From: Candidatus Kerfeldbacteria bacterium | Lineage (GTDB): Bacteria; Patescibacteriota; Patescibacteriia; UBA9570; XYC2-FULL-38-9 | Reading direction: 5' to 3' | Assembly: GCA_043813585.1 (NCBI GenBank) | Contig: JBDRKW010000002.1 | Location: 85,182-133,282 of the forward strand | DNA: 48,101 bases | Shown: piece by piece, positions 28,416 through 40,790 of the stretch | How the letters are laid out: each line of letters opens with the position of its first letter | Numbering within the stretch: the stretch's first letter is position 1 | Made by a program: the position numbers and the translations under genes | The notes under the pieces: model-generated | Database searches by the model: none | What the model saw: only the letters and a program-made list of their open reading frames with translations | Told to the model about the DNA's origin: nothing

Positions 28416-30269
28416 TTATTTTTTCCCGCCGAGCAATTTTTCGAACTCTTCTTGTTCAAGCGTCTCGACCTCGAGCAGGCGTTCGGCAACCAGGTCCAGC
28501 TCTTTCTCATGGCTCTCAAGCAGTTCGCTTGCTGCCGTATACTGTTCGTCAATGATGCGGCTCATCTCTATGTCGATCGCTTCCGCGGTCTTGTCGCTGT
28601 AGTCGCGCTGTTCATGGATTTCCTTGCCGAGGAAGATCATCTCCTGCGCCACGCCATAGGTGCGCGGGCCGAGCTTGTCGCTCATGCCGTACTGCGCCAC
28701 GATGCTATGCGCCAGCTGCGTTGATTTCTGCAGGTCGCTTGATGCGCCGGTGGTGATATCGCCGAATTTGAACCGTTCTGCGGCATGTCCGCCGAGCGCA
28801 ACCACGATCTCTGCCATCATCTCTTTCCTGGAGTGGAGCTTTTTATCCTCTTCCGGCAGCTTGAGCGTGTACCCGCCTGCGCGGCCGCGCGGGATGATTG
28901 ATATCTTGCGCACCGGGTCGGATTCCGGCATAAAGTGCGCAGTAAGCGCATGGCCGGCTTCGTGGTACGCGGTGATCTTCTTTTCCTTATCAGAGAACCG
29001 GGCGCTCTTGCGTTCCGGGCCGAGCAATACCTTGTCGATGGACTCCAGGCATTCGTCCATGGAGATCTTCTTCTTGTTCCTGCGCGCGGCGAAGATTGCC
29101 GCTTCATTCAATAGGTTTTCCAGGTCAGCGCCGGAAAAGCCGGTGGTGCGCTGCGCAATGATTTTTAATTTAACGTCCTCGCCAAACACCTTGTTGCGAC
29201 CGTGCACTTGAAGGATCTCCAGGCGTTCCACCAGGTCCGGCAGGTCCAAGACAACGCGGCGGTCAAAGCGGCCCGGGCGCAGCAATGCCGGATCCAACAC
29301 ATCCGGCCGGTTGGTTGCGGCAATGACGATCACACCGGTATCCGGCTCGAATCCGTCCATCTCCGTGAGGATCTGGTTTAGTGTTTGTTCGCGTTCGTCG
29401 TGTGACCCGCCAAGTCCGGACCCGCGCTGGCGGCCGACGGCGTCGATTTCATCAATAAACAGTATGGAAGGTGCGGCTTTTTTCGCTTTTTTGAACATGT
29501 CGCGCACTCGGCTTGCACCGACTCCAACGAACATTTCAACAAATTCCGACCCGGTCACGTGGAAAAACGGGACGTTTGCCTCGCCTGCCACGGCGCGCGC
29601 CATTAATGTCTTGCCCGTACCAGGAGGCCCCATGAGCAGGACGCCTTTCGGGATCTTTGCGCCGAGCGCTGTGAATTTTTTCGGGTGTTTGAGGAACTCG
29701 ACAACTTCCATCAGCTCTTCTTTGGGCTCTTTGAGGCCGGCAACGTCCTGGAATGTCGTGCGCTTCTTCTTCTGCTCCGGATCGTCCGCCTTTGCCTGGC
29801 TCTGGCCGAACATCATCGCCTTGTTGTTGCTGCCCTGCACCTGGCGCATGATGATCCAGAGGAACAGGATGACAAACCCGATCGGCAGAAGGATAGGAGC
29901 AATATTGACGAGGAAGTATTTCCAGCCGCTCATGCCTTCCACTTTGATATTCGTGCCCTGCAACTGTTCAGGGCTCACGCCGTATGCGGTCAGCAGCGTC
30001 GGCAGCGACTCTGACGACTCTTTGCTCAATTTGTATTCGGTCTTTGCTTCGTCGTTCAGCGTGACTGTCAGGTCAGTGCCCTCGACGACGATAATTTCTT
30101 CTACCTGTTCCTGCAGGATCAGCTCGGCCAGACGGTTGATGGAGATCTCTTCCGGCTTTTCGAACGGCGAGTTGTAGAACGATAAGATGAACGCGGCGAC
30201 CAAAAACACCGCGATGAAGATTAAAAAGCTGCGAAATGCATTTTTGGATTCGATTTTTTTCTTTGCCAT
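28416..30269 (-). CDS. ftsH: ATP-dependent zinc metalloprotease FtsH
   Basis: Two TMs, [39 protein letters not shown]. Confidence 0.98.
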   Translation of the reverse strand: MAKKKIESKNAFRSFLIFIAVFLVAAFILSFYNSPFEKPEEISINRLAELILQEQVEEIIVVEGTDLTVTLNDEAKTEYKLSKESSESLPTLLTAYGVSPEQLQGTNIKVEGMSGWKYFLVNIAPILLPIGFVILFLWIIMRQVQGSNNKAMMFGQSQAKADDPEQKKKRTTFQDVAGLKEPKEELMEVVEFLKHPKKFTALGAKIPKGVLLMGPPGTGKTLMARAVAGEANVPFFHVTGSEFVEMFVGVGASRVRDMFKKAKKAAPSILFIDEIDAVGRQRGSGLGGSHDEREQTLNQILTEMDGFEPDTGVIVIAATNRPDVLDPALLRPGRFDRRVVLDLPDLVERLEILQVHGRNKVFGEDVKLKIIAQRTTGFSGADLENLLNEAAIFAARRNKKKISMDECLESIDKVLLGPERKSARFSDKEKKITAYHEAGHALTAHFMPESDPVRKISIIPRGRAGGYTLKLPEEDKKLHSRKEMMAEIVVALGGHAAERFKFGDITTGASSDLQKSTQLAHSIVAQYGMSDKLGPRTYGVAQEMIFLGKEIHEQRDYSDKTAEAIDIEMSRIIDEQYTAASELLESHEKELDLVAERLLEVETLEQEEFEKLLGGKK

Positions 30270-30477
30270 GTGTGGACACGTAAAATTAGTGGTTGTACTG
30301 TCAGATTATACAAAAAGAAGGCATTAAAATCAAGCGCCAATAGGCGGCGTTGAGCAGGCTTGCAATTTTTCGGCTGCTCTGGTAGAGTCTTCTTTGCGTC
30401 TTTATATCAATGTCGGCGTTACGCACCGGCCCCGCAAACGTCAGGTCACGTTTCGGATAATGATTATTACATAATAT

Positions 30478-31809
30478 ATGGCCACACAACCTACCAGTCC
30501 GTCTTCCGAGATGGAAAAGCTTTTAGAAGAGCATGAGGAGATTGCCCTTCCCAATGTCAATGACGTTGTGGAAGGCGTTGTTATATCTGCGCAGAATAAT
30601 GAGGTATATATCGACTTGGGCGGACTCGCGTCCGGCGTCGTGCGTGGGCCGGAACTTGTTGACGAGTCCGGCGTGTTTACGGATTTGAAGCCAGGCGAAA
30701 AAGTGATGGCTACTGTTCTCGATTTAGAAAACGAAACTGGCGTAATGGAGCTGTCGTTCCGCGAAGCCGGCCATAAGAAGGCCTGGGACGAGCTGGAGCG
30801 CATGCACCGCGACCAGGAATTGGTGCAGGGAAGCATTATGGACGCCAACAAGGGCGGCCTGATCGTGCGCCTTGGGAATGTCACCGGGTTTTTGCCGGTG
30901 TCGCAGCTGACGGTTGAGCACTACCCGCGCGTTGAAGGCGCAAACAAGCAGAAAATTCTTGAAAAATTAACTACCTATATAGGGGAAACATTTGAACTGG
31001 TGATCCTTGATGTTGCTGAGGATGAAAGCAAGCTGATTTTTTCTGAAAAAGCAGCGCGCAAGGACGAGCATTCGGAATTGCTGGCACAGTACAGCGTTGG
31101 CGACGTGGTGGAAGGCCTTGTCACCGGCGTGGTGGACTTTGGCGCATTTGTGGAGTTCAGCGACGGGCTCGAAGGCCTGGTGCATATCTCCGAACTGGCG
31201 TGGCAGCGCATTGACGACCCGAAAGACGTGATTGCGGTTGGCGATAAGGTGAAGGCACAGATCATTTCAATCGACCAGGGCAAAATTTCACTGTCGATCC
31301 GCCGCCTACAGGACGACCCGTGGAAAGGTGTTGCGGAAAAATACAAGGTGGGCGATATTGTCGAGGGCACGGTGCTGAAGCTGAACCCGTTTGGCGCGTT
31401 TGTTGAGCTCGATAAGGATATTCACGGGCTGGCCCATATTTCCGAACTGTCCTGGAATAAAATCCAGTCGCCGGAAGACGTGCTGAAGTCGGGCGACCGG
31501 CAGAAGTTCAAGATTGTCTCTATTGAACCGGCTGACCATCGCTTGGGTCTGTCGCTGAAGCAGCTGACTGAACGTCCGGCTGCCAAAGAGGCGCCTGAAA
31601 AGGAAGAAGCAGCTCCAGCAGAAGAAAAGCCTGCTGAAGCAGCTGCGGACGCGCCGAAAGTTGAAGACGCTCCAAAGACGGATGAAGTAGCTGCAGACGA
31701 AGCGCCTGCGGAAGAAGCGGCGCCTGAAGCTACCCCGGCAGAAGAAGTAGCTGAAGCACCGAAAGAAGACGCACCTTCCGAAACCGCCGAAGAGAAAAAA
31801 GCGGAATAA
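30478..31809 (+). CDS. rpsA: 30S ribosomal protein S1 (four S1 domains) with acidic C-terminal tail
   Basis: NKGGL...GFLPVSQL; FGAFVE...GL.HISEL.W twice; E/A/P-rich tail. Confidence 0.92.
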   Translation: MATQPTSPSSEMEKLLEEHEEIALPNVNDVVEGVVISAQNNEVYIDLGGLASGVVRGPELVDESGVFTDLKPGEKVMATVLDLENETGVMELSFREAGHKKAWDELERMHRDQELVQGSIMDANKGGLIVRLGNVTGFLPVSQLTVEHYPRVEGANKQKILEKLTTYIGETFELVILDVAEDESKLIFSEKAARKDEHSELLAQYSVGDVVEGLVTGVVDFGAFVEFSDGLEGLVHISELAWQRIDDPKDVIAVGDKVKAQIISIDQGKISLSIRRLQDDPWKGVAEKYKVGDIVEGTVLKLNPFGAFVELDKDIHGLAHISELSWNKIQSPEDVLKSGDRQKFKIVSIEPADHRLGLSLKQLTERPAAKEAPEKEEAAPAEEKPAEAAADAPKVEDAPKTDEVAADEAPAEEAAPEATPAEEVAEAPKEDAPSETAEEKKAE

Positions 31810-31823
31810 TACCGCTTAACAAT

Positions 31824-31850
31824 AAGAACCCGCGGTTGCGGGTTCTTTTT
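31824..31850 (+). terminator. Intrinsic terminator after rpsA
   Basis: AAGAACCCGC-ggtt-GCGGGTTCTT plus T-run. Confidence 0.85.
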
Positions 31851-31982
31851 ATTATGTGCTGTGCCGCCTGAATAAAGAAAGAAACCCCGTTCGCATCATG
31901 CTACTAGGGGTTTCGGGTTGATCTTCTGGCGTCTCTCATCTTGAGAGGCGCCGCTTCTCCGGCCGGGGCCGGGTCAGTCGGA

Positions 31983-32981
31983 CTAGCCGCGGCGGAGGCC
32001 GGTGGTCTTGGCGATGAGATCGCACACCGTGCTGGCCTTGATGGTCAGCTCGGCCTGGCACCACACCAGTCCGCCGTCCTTGGTGCTGTTGGAGCGGTTG
32101 TAGTTGCACCAGGGCTTGCCGGAGCGCTCCGCCAGGAGGGTCACCAACGTGTCGAGCCCGAACCAGTTGGTCACGGGCTTGAACCAGACGATGATGTCCT
32201 TCTCGTTGTTGCGGTCCGTGTCGCGCGCGTACAGCACCACGTCGATGCCGTCCTCGCCCAGCTCGTCCTCGGTCGGGTCCAGCTTCGTATCCTGAGACAC
32301 GGAGTGGACGCGGAAGGTCAGGCCACCGGCCACGAAGGACTGGTGGTTCGAGATTCGCAGCGGCACGCCACCGTTGGTGTGCGTCTTCGCCACGACCTTC
32401 GGCGCGGGGCGCTTGACCTGGGCCTTCCGACCACGGACCGGGCGCTCGGTGCGCAGGACCTTGCCGCCGCTCTTCACGGGGCGCTTGGTGCCGCGCGTCG
32501 GGCGGGTCGCCTGGCCGGTGCGGGGGGTGCGGGCGACGAGGTCCTTGCGGCCGTAGACCTGGATGAAGATCTTCTTGATGTCGGCCAACGACAGCGAGGT
32601 CGGGGTGGAGCCCGCCATCTTGACGTGCTCCCACGCGCCCAGGTTCTGGTGGACCCAGATCCCGGGCTCCCGCCGGTTCAACTCCTCGTACAGCGGCTTC
32701 AGGCCCTCGGGGTGGTCCTCGCGGATCTTCCCCGTGGCCATCACCGCGGTGAACTCGCCACCCTGATCCGCGCCCTTCTGGGTGCGCGCGATCTGGATGT
32801 CGAACATCCTCCGCGGGTGGCCGTCCGAGTTGTCGAACCAGAAGTCGCGGTTCTGGCCCGGGTCGGTGAGCAGGGTGGCCGCCACTCGGGCACCGCTCTT
32901 GCGCGTCTTGAACTGGTCCTGCACGCGCGGCAGGGAACCCTTGCCGGGCTCTCGCGAAAAGTCGTACTGCTGTGCCATCAT
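31983..32981 (-). CDS. GC-rich hypothetical protein with central K/R-rich linker
   Basis: AGGGAGG SD before ATG 32981; strong C/G third-position bias in this frame; promoter at 33128-33156. Confidence 0.72.
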   Translation of the reverse strand: MMAQQYDFSREPGKGSLPRVQDQFKTRKSGARVAATLLTDPGQNRDFWFDNSDGHPRRMFDIQIARTQKGADQGGEFTAVMATGKIREDHPEGLKPLYEELNRREPGIWVHQNLGAWEHVKMAGSTPTSLSLADIKKIFIQVYGRKDLVARTPRTGQATRPTRGTKRPVKSGGKVLRTERPVRGRKAQVKRPAPKVVAKTHTNGGVPLRISNHQSFVAGGLTFRVHSVSQDTKLDPTEDELGEDGIDVVLYARDTDRNNEKDIIVWFKPVTNWFGLDTLVTLLAERSGKPWCNYNRSNSTKDGGLVWCQAELTIKASTVCDLIAKTTGLRRG

Positions 32982-33127
32982 GATGGCGTCCTCCCTATTT
33001 TCGAAGATCAATCCGTTGCCAGTCGAAGGGAAAATCCCCTTCGGTGGCCGGAGCTGTGTCTCGTTGCGCTCCTGCGGTGAAAGAAAATTGTTTTTCTCCC
33101 CCCGCAGCGACCGCAATAAAGCACTAT

Positions 33128-33156
33128 ATATTACACTAAAAACGCTGTTTTGTCAA
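33128..33156 (-). promoter_or_regulatory. Sigma70 promoter followed by a structured ~140-nt leader
   Basis: TTGACA-17 bp-TAATAT. Confidence 0.7.
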
Positions 33157-33239
33157 TACTATTGGGGGAATAACCAGTACATGAATGTTCCACAAACACT
33201 CGCAAAAACCGCCATATTCTGGTATAATTCGCCAATACT

Positions 33240-34067
33240 ATGGCAGATGACACCCTCCCTGTTCCACAGGGCAAACAAACAACCAAAGAACAGAAAGATT
33301 CGTACTCCGAGTACGCAACGTTTTGGGCCGAGCGCATGCGCGCGGGCGGCAGTTTTTCGCACACGCACATCGAAAAACCGGTGATGTTCGGGCGCATGAA
33401 AGAGCTTGCGCAGGGCAAAGCCGTGCTCTGCATCGGCTGCGGTTCCGGCGAAGAGTGCGACGTGATCAACACCATGGGTCCGGAGCGCGTTGTGGGCACC
33501 GATATTTCCGAAGGGCTAATTGAAGAGGCAAAAAAGGCGTTCCCGGGCATTGAATTCCACGTGATGGCGGCCGAAGACCACAGCGCCCTGCCGGAGGAAA
33601 GTTTTGACATCATCTTTTCCAGCCTGACCATGCACTATGTGAAAAACTGGGAGCATGTGTTCAAGGGGTATTACCGCCTGCTCAAACCGGGGGGCGTGTT
33701 CCTGTTTTCCGCCAACCACCCGATCCGCCGCGGCATGGAGCTGGTGCGCAGGCCCGGCAGCCGCGTGTCGTCGCTCCTTCTTGGCTACTCTGCCGAGCCG
33801 GACAACCAGCAGGTGAAGATTTACGGCGACTACCTGAACTTCTTCACCCAGCACGACCGCTTCATGAAAAAAATCCAGGTCACCTACTACAACCGGCCGT
33901 TCTCGCAGATGTGGCACGAGATCAAAAACGCGGGGTTTGAAATCGCAGACATCATGGAACCGAAGTCAGTGCAGGAAAATGTTCCGGACAACTTCAGCGG
34001 ATTTTCCAAGATCACGCAAAAGATCCCGTACTTCATCATGTTTGAATGTAAGAAGCCGGGCGCATGA
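33240..34067 (+). CDS. Class I SAM-dependent methyltransferase
   Basis: VLCIGCGSG, GTDIS, FD.I.SSL.MHY, LLKPGG.F.FS..HP. Confidence 0.9.
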   Translation: MADDTLPVPQGKQTTKEQKDSYSEYATFWAERMRAGGSFSHTHIEKPVMFGRMKELAQGKAVLCIGCGSGEECDVINTMGPERVVGTDISEGLIEEAKKAFPGIEFHVMAAEDHSALPEESFDIIFSSLTMHYVKNWEHVFKGYYRLLKPGGVFLFSANHPIRRGMELVRRPGSRVSSLLLGYSAEPDNQQVKIYGDYLNFFTQHDRFMKKIQVTYYNRPFSQMWHEIKNAGFEIADIMEPKSVQENVPDNFSGFSKITQKIPYFIMFECKKPGA

Positions 34068-35164
34068 ACGTCGAGGAGAAACAATCGATCACTTCCATCC
34101 TGCTGCCGACTGAGCTGAACAAAGACACAATCGCAGCGGCATTCTTATTGCAGGAATACGGGCCAAACGCCTACCACGACGTGACGGCAGCCGCGATTTC
34201 GACGGAAGCGGAGGGCGCGGCCGCAGAGTCACTCGAAGCAGAGATAAAAAACGGCGTGTTTATGATCTCCGCCCTTCCCCAGGACAGTTCAAATACCGGC
34301 ACGCTGACGGTTCGCATGGCAGAGCACCTGGAGATCCGCCGGCGACCGGAGCTGCAGAAAATGATCCAGTGGGTGCAGGGCGAAACCGGCGCAGAACCGC
34401 TGGCAACGGCTGCCACCAAGCTTGCGGACCTAAAGCAGGAAGGGCATGAAGTCAACGAGATCCTCTACAATATCTTCCCGCTGCTGCAATCGCATGTGCA
34501 TGAACAGAAGCGGTACCACTACAACCTGCCGGATGAGTGGGCCAAGGCGCTGCAGGGGGGACAGGCGCAGGTCTATGACATGAAATACGGCAAAGACCCG
34601 CTGACGGTTGCCGTTATTGAAGCAAAGAGCGATGACATGTCCGGGTTCCTGTTCCAGTACGCAAAGATCAACGCTGACATTGTGGTGCAGCAGTATCCGG
34701 ACAAGAGCATCAACGTCATAACTAACCGGCAGAAGAATATTTCACTTGAAAATGTTGCGCGTATTGTCCGCGCGGAAGAGTCCCGCAAGCGCGACCGGGA
34801 TATTTCCGGCACCTCCGGTTTCTTTTTTGCCCGCGAAGGCATTACCGAAGGCGTGGTGGAGTGGTATTACGATACCGCGCTCCAGCAGCTGATCAACCGT
34901 TCAACCGATGACCGGCAGCTGCCGCCCACTGCACTGACCCTGCAGGACGTTGCATCCGCGGTCTATATCGGCCTGACAGAGGACGTGTGGGAGAAGAAAT
35001 GCCCGAAAACGGGCTGTAGAGGGGCTGCATGCTACTTTTATGCTTATGGGTTGTTGCGGTGCAGAAAACGCGAAATGGACGAGCTTCCGGAGATGCTGGA
35101 GCAGAAATTCAATGAAAAAAAGCAGCGCGACCGGCAGAATCCGCAGCGAAAAAAAACGACGTAG
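34064..35164 (+). CDS. Hypothetical protein with a C-terminal four-Cys motif
   Basis: ATGA-coupled to the methyltransferase; ends CPKTGC....CYFY.YGLLRC. Confidence 0.75.
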   Translation: MNVEEKQSITSILLPTELNKDTIAAAFLLQEYGPNAYHDVTAAAISTEAEGAAAESLEAEIKNGVFMISALPQDSSNTGTLTVRMAEHLEIRRRPELQKMIQWVQGETGAEPLATAATKLADLKQEGHEVNEILYNIFPLLQSHVHEQKRYHYNLPDEWAKALQGGQAQVYDMKYGKDPLTVAVIEAKSDDMSGFLFQYAKINADIVVQQYPDKSINVITNRQKNISLENVARIVRAEESRKRDRDISGTSGFFFAREGITEGVVEWYYDTALQQLINRSTDDRQLPPTALTLQDVASAVYIGLTEDVWEKKCPKTGCRGAACYFYAYGLLRCRKREMDELPEMLEQKFNEKKQRDRQNPQRKKTT

Positions 35165-35275
35165 AAATCCCCAAACAATGCACCGAATGAGGGCCCAAAA
35201 TGCCCTTGTTTTTTTCCCCCATTCTTGGTAAAATCGTACGGGCTAGAAGCTATGAATAAACGTTTAATCTACGAT

Positions 35276-35881
35276 ATGCACATCTATTGGCATGGTCTCA
35301 GCTGCGTCCGAATCCAGACCCAGGATGCAATGCTGCTCATCAACCCGTACCAGGACAAGTTCGGCCTGAAAATGCCGTCGCTGAAGGTGGATGTTGTCGC
35401 ATCGACAAAGCCGGATGACGACCAGGCGAACAATTTTGGCCGCCTGCAGGGCGATCCGATGATCATTTGCAACCCGGGCGAATATGAGAAAAGCGGCATG
35501 ATCATCTACGGCGTGCCGCAGACCGAAGGCCGGTCGATGTATGTCATTGACGCGGAAGGGATTACGCTCGGACACCCCGGCATCTCCCCTCCCGAACTCA
35601 CGGATGAACAGCTCAAACAGTTTGAAGGCGTGGATGTGCTGTTCCTCCCCCTGACCTGCGAATCCAACAAAATCTGTTCAACGCTGCTATCGCAGATCGA
35701 ACCGCGCATTATTATCCCGATCCAGTACAAAATCCCGAAGGTGAAGCTGAAATTGAACGACCTGGATAGGTTTGCGAAAGAACTCGGCAAGAACAGCATC
35801 ACCGGCGAAAAAAAGGTCATCCTCAAGAAGAAAGACCTGCCGGTAGATGAAACGCGGATGATCGTTCTTGATCCATCATAA
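35276..35881 (+). CDS. Metallo-beta-lactamase-fold protein with degenerate metal site
   Basis: I.WHG.SC.RI, PGEYE..G..I.G, .D.EGI...H.G, VDVLF.P, IEPRIIIP..Y; no HxHxDH. Confidence 0.8.
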   Translation: MHIYWHGLSCVRIQTQDAMLLINPYQDKFGLKMPSLKVDVVASTKPDDDQANNFGRLQGDPMIICNPGEYEKSGMIIYGVPQTEGRSMYVIDAEGITLGHPGISPPELTDEQLKQFEGVDVLFLPLTCESNKICSTLLSQIEPRIIIPIQYKIPKVKLKLNDLDRFAKELGKNSITGEKKVILKKKDLPVDETRMIVLDPS

Positions 35882-35890
35882 TAATAAATT

Positions 35891-36157
35891 ATGGCAGCGA
35901 AGAAAAAACAATTCAAAGAGCCGGAACCCTCCTCTACGCCCGAGCAGCGGACGAAGTTCCTTGTGCTGGGCATTCTTGCCGGAGCGCTTGTTATCGTGCT
36001 CTGGGCCGTAACGCTGCCGTATAACTTGCACGCAGAAAATAAAACAGCCCCTGGCCCTCAGGCGTTGTTTGGCTTCCTTGGAGAAACGATTGCCAAAGGA
36101 ACCCTGGTTGTTGATGTCGTAAAGACAACGACTGAGGCTGCGAAAAACGCTAACTAA
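35891..36157 (+). CDS. Small single-TM hypothetical protein
   Basis: 88 aa, one TM, tightly packed in the gyrA operon. Confidence 0.7.
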   Translation: MAAKKKQFKEPEPSSTPEQRTKFLVLGILAGALVIVLWAVTLPYNLHAENKTAPGPQALFGFLGETIAKGTLVVDVVKTTTEAAKNAN

Positions 36158-36165
36158 TATTGATT

Positions 36166-38763
<2,598 letters not shown>

Positions 38764-38779
38764 CGGCTGTTCAAAAAGC

Positions 38780-38806
38780 AAAGCCCGGGTTCGGCCCGGG
38801 CTTTTT
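38780..38806. terminator. Bidirectional terminator
   Basis: AAAGCCCGGG-ttcgg-CCCGGGCTTT between convergent genes. Confidence 0.85.
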
Positions 38807-38827
38807 GATATCTGTTTCTTGTAGAGG

Positions 38828-40783
38828 TTAAATTTCGTGAGGGCTGTGGGTGTCGTCTTTATCTTCGCCTTGGCCGTACTTCTTCTCGAAGTCGCGGAGC
38901 ATCTTCATTGCCTGCTCGCGGGCTTCTTCGCGCTGCTGCTGGGTAACGGCGAGTGCAGCTGCTTTTTTCTCTTCCTCTGTCATGGCGGGTTTCTTGGCCT
39001 CTTCCTTTGCAGATTTGCCTCTTTCGCCCAGCTTGCCCACCTTCACCGGTTCATAATGCAGCAGGTCCCATTCCAACTTTATGCTCAGCACTACAAATAC
39101 CGCCATGAGGGCGACGAGAAGCCAATTCATTCCTGTTCGTTCCACGCGTTGGGCACGAATTTCGAACACATCTGTCGTTTCGCCTGTTTCTCCGTCGCGC
39201 TGGAGAGCAACCTGGTAGGTCGCGTCGCCGTTCGGCACCTCTTCAAGCGGCACTTCGAGCGACCAGTTGCCGTTATCATTGATATCTGCGGCGTAGATTT
39301 CTATGCCGTCGCAAATCTGGAATGAACTGACGGCTTCCGGCGTGCCAACACCGGAGATGAGGATTTTATTTTGGGCGGTAAGCGTGACGCTGTTATCCTC
39401 AAGCTCCTGCGCATTCACGGTCTTTACGGAAAAATCTTCCAGATCAACCGGGGCAGAAAACGTTACTTCGTATTCATCCGAAAGAGCAAAAAAGTTATAG
39501 GTGACTACTGCAATCAGCGCAACCATGGCTAAGCCCATCACAGCGACCTGGTATAACCTTACGCGCGGAGCCGCCTCTTCCGGTGCCGGCGCTGCTGTTG
39601 TGCCGACTGACGGCGCCTGAGCGCGTTCTTTCCAAAAGATATTTACAACGAATACGGAGATGATCCAGAGAATGACGACGTTGGACAAAATCAGCCCGAA
39701 GGTGGCACTGATGCTCCGCTTTTCTTCGTTGACGATATTGCCCACGACCTGCCGTTCTGTTTCTATCCCGTCCACGCTGGAGTAGATAACCATGGAATGC
39801 TTGCCGGTGCCGAGTGCCTGTTTGGCGATCTCCGCATCCCAGTCTCCGTTTGCGTCGGCACTTACGGTAATGCCTTTAATAAGGTCGCTGGAACAGATAT
39901 CAATGTGCACTTCTGCTTCCGGCAGGGACTCTCCTTCAAATTCCAGGCCGGTATAGGCCAGCACATCCGGGTCCACGTCCCGGATAGCGGTTGTCTGGTA
40001 AACGCCCTGCGCCTTGTCTACAGAAAAATAGTTATTCAGCGTCGCCCGCCTCTGTTCCGTCTGCGTGTCCTCCTGAACAATGAGCTGTTTTTCGTCAAAC
40101 ACGGCAAAATCCGCCTGCTGGGGAGCTGTCTCTACAACAGCATCTTTCTTTATGTCGAGTGTCCGTATCTCCAGCTGCTCGACATATTCTTCGCGCGCCT
40201 TTTGTTCTTCTTTTGCTTTTACTTCAGCGGCTTTTTCCTCTGCTGCTTTTTTCTCTGCCGCTATCTGTTCCGGTGTTTTTTCCGGTTCGCCCGGTTCTTC
40301 GCCCGGAGCAGGCTCCTCTGCAGGTTCGGGTTCAGTCGGGGCGATTATTTCACCGGGAACTTCTTCTTCCGGCGCCGGCGCAGCTTCCTCCTTCGTTACG
40401 GCCTCAGGAACAACATAGGTGCCCGGGGCAGCATACCCACCCGCTCCGACCGGCGGAATGCTCGAAATCGGAAAAAGAACCGATACAATTGAAAATGTGA
40501 CGATGGCTCCGGTAACCAATGCCAAAACAGAAGTAAAGGAATACACCTGCGCGCGGCGCTTGAAACGTACATGCTTGTCATACGCTTCCCGCGATTCCCG
40601 CTCCTTCGCATCATGCGTTACAGCAAAGCTGACCCTTTTGGGGCTGAACAACACATGCACGCCGCTGTGCATGCTGTACATCAATGTCGCAAACAAAAAC
40701 TTTACCATGTTCCAAAAACGGCGCTTGCCGGAAACCCGGCTCTGCTCTACCTCTTCACCAAATTGTTCTATCTTCTGGAGCAT
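38828..40783 (-). CDS. Multi-pass membrane surface protein with two Ig-like domains (short paralog of 41473-47745)
   Basis: N-terminal motif + TM, P/E linker, Ig (ADANGDW), two TMs, Ig (NDNGNW), TM-EWDLL. Confidence 0.8.
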   Translation of the reverse strand: MLQKIEQFGEEVEQSRVSGKRRFWNMVKFLFATLMYSMHSGVHVLFSPKRVSFAVTHDAKERESREAYDKHVRFKRRAQVYSFTSVLALVTGAIVTFSIVSVLFPISSIPPVGAGGYAAPGTYVVPEAVTKEEAAPAPEEEVPGEIIAPTEPEPAEEPAPGEEPGEPEKTPEQIAAEKKAAEEKAAEVKAKEEQKAREEYVEQLEIRTLDIKKDAVVETAPQQADFAVFDEKQLIVQEDTQTEQRRATLNNYFSVDKAQGVYQTTAIRDVDPDVLAYTGLEFEGESLPEAEVHIDICSSDLIKGITVSADANGDWDAEIAKQALGTGKHSMVIYSSVDGIETERQVVGNIVNEEKRSISATFGLILSNVVILWIISVFVVNIFWKERAQAPSVGTTAAPAPEEAAPRVRLYQVAVMGLAMVALIAVVTYNFFALSDEYEVTFSAPVDLEDFSVKTVNAQELEDNSVTLTAQNKILISGVGTPEAVSSFQICDGIEIYAADINDNGNWSLEVPLEEVPNGDATYQVALQRDGETGETTDVFEIRAQRVERTGMNWLLVALMAVFVVLSIKLEWDLLHYEPVKVGKLGERGKSAKEEAKKPAMTEEEKKAAALAVTQQQREEAREQAMKMLRDFEKKYGQGEDKDDTHSPHEI

Positions 40784-40790
40784 GGGTTTA

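Noticed and set aside
31936-33080. 379-aa plus-strand and 232-aa minus-strand ORFs
   Set aside because: Shadow-type composition; promoter, SD and codon bias support 31983-32981 on the minus strand.
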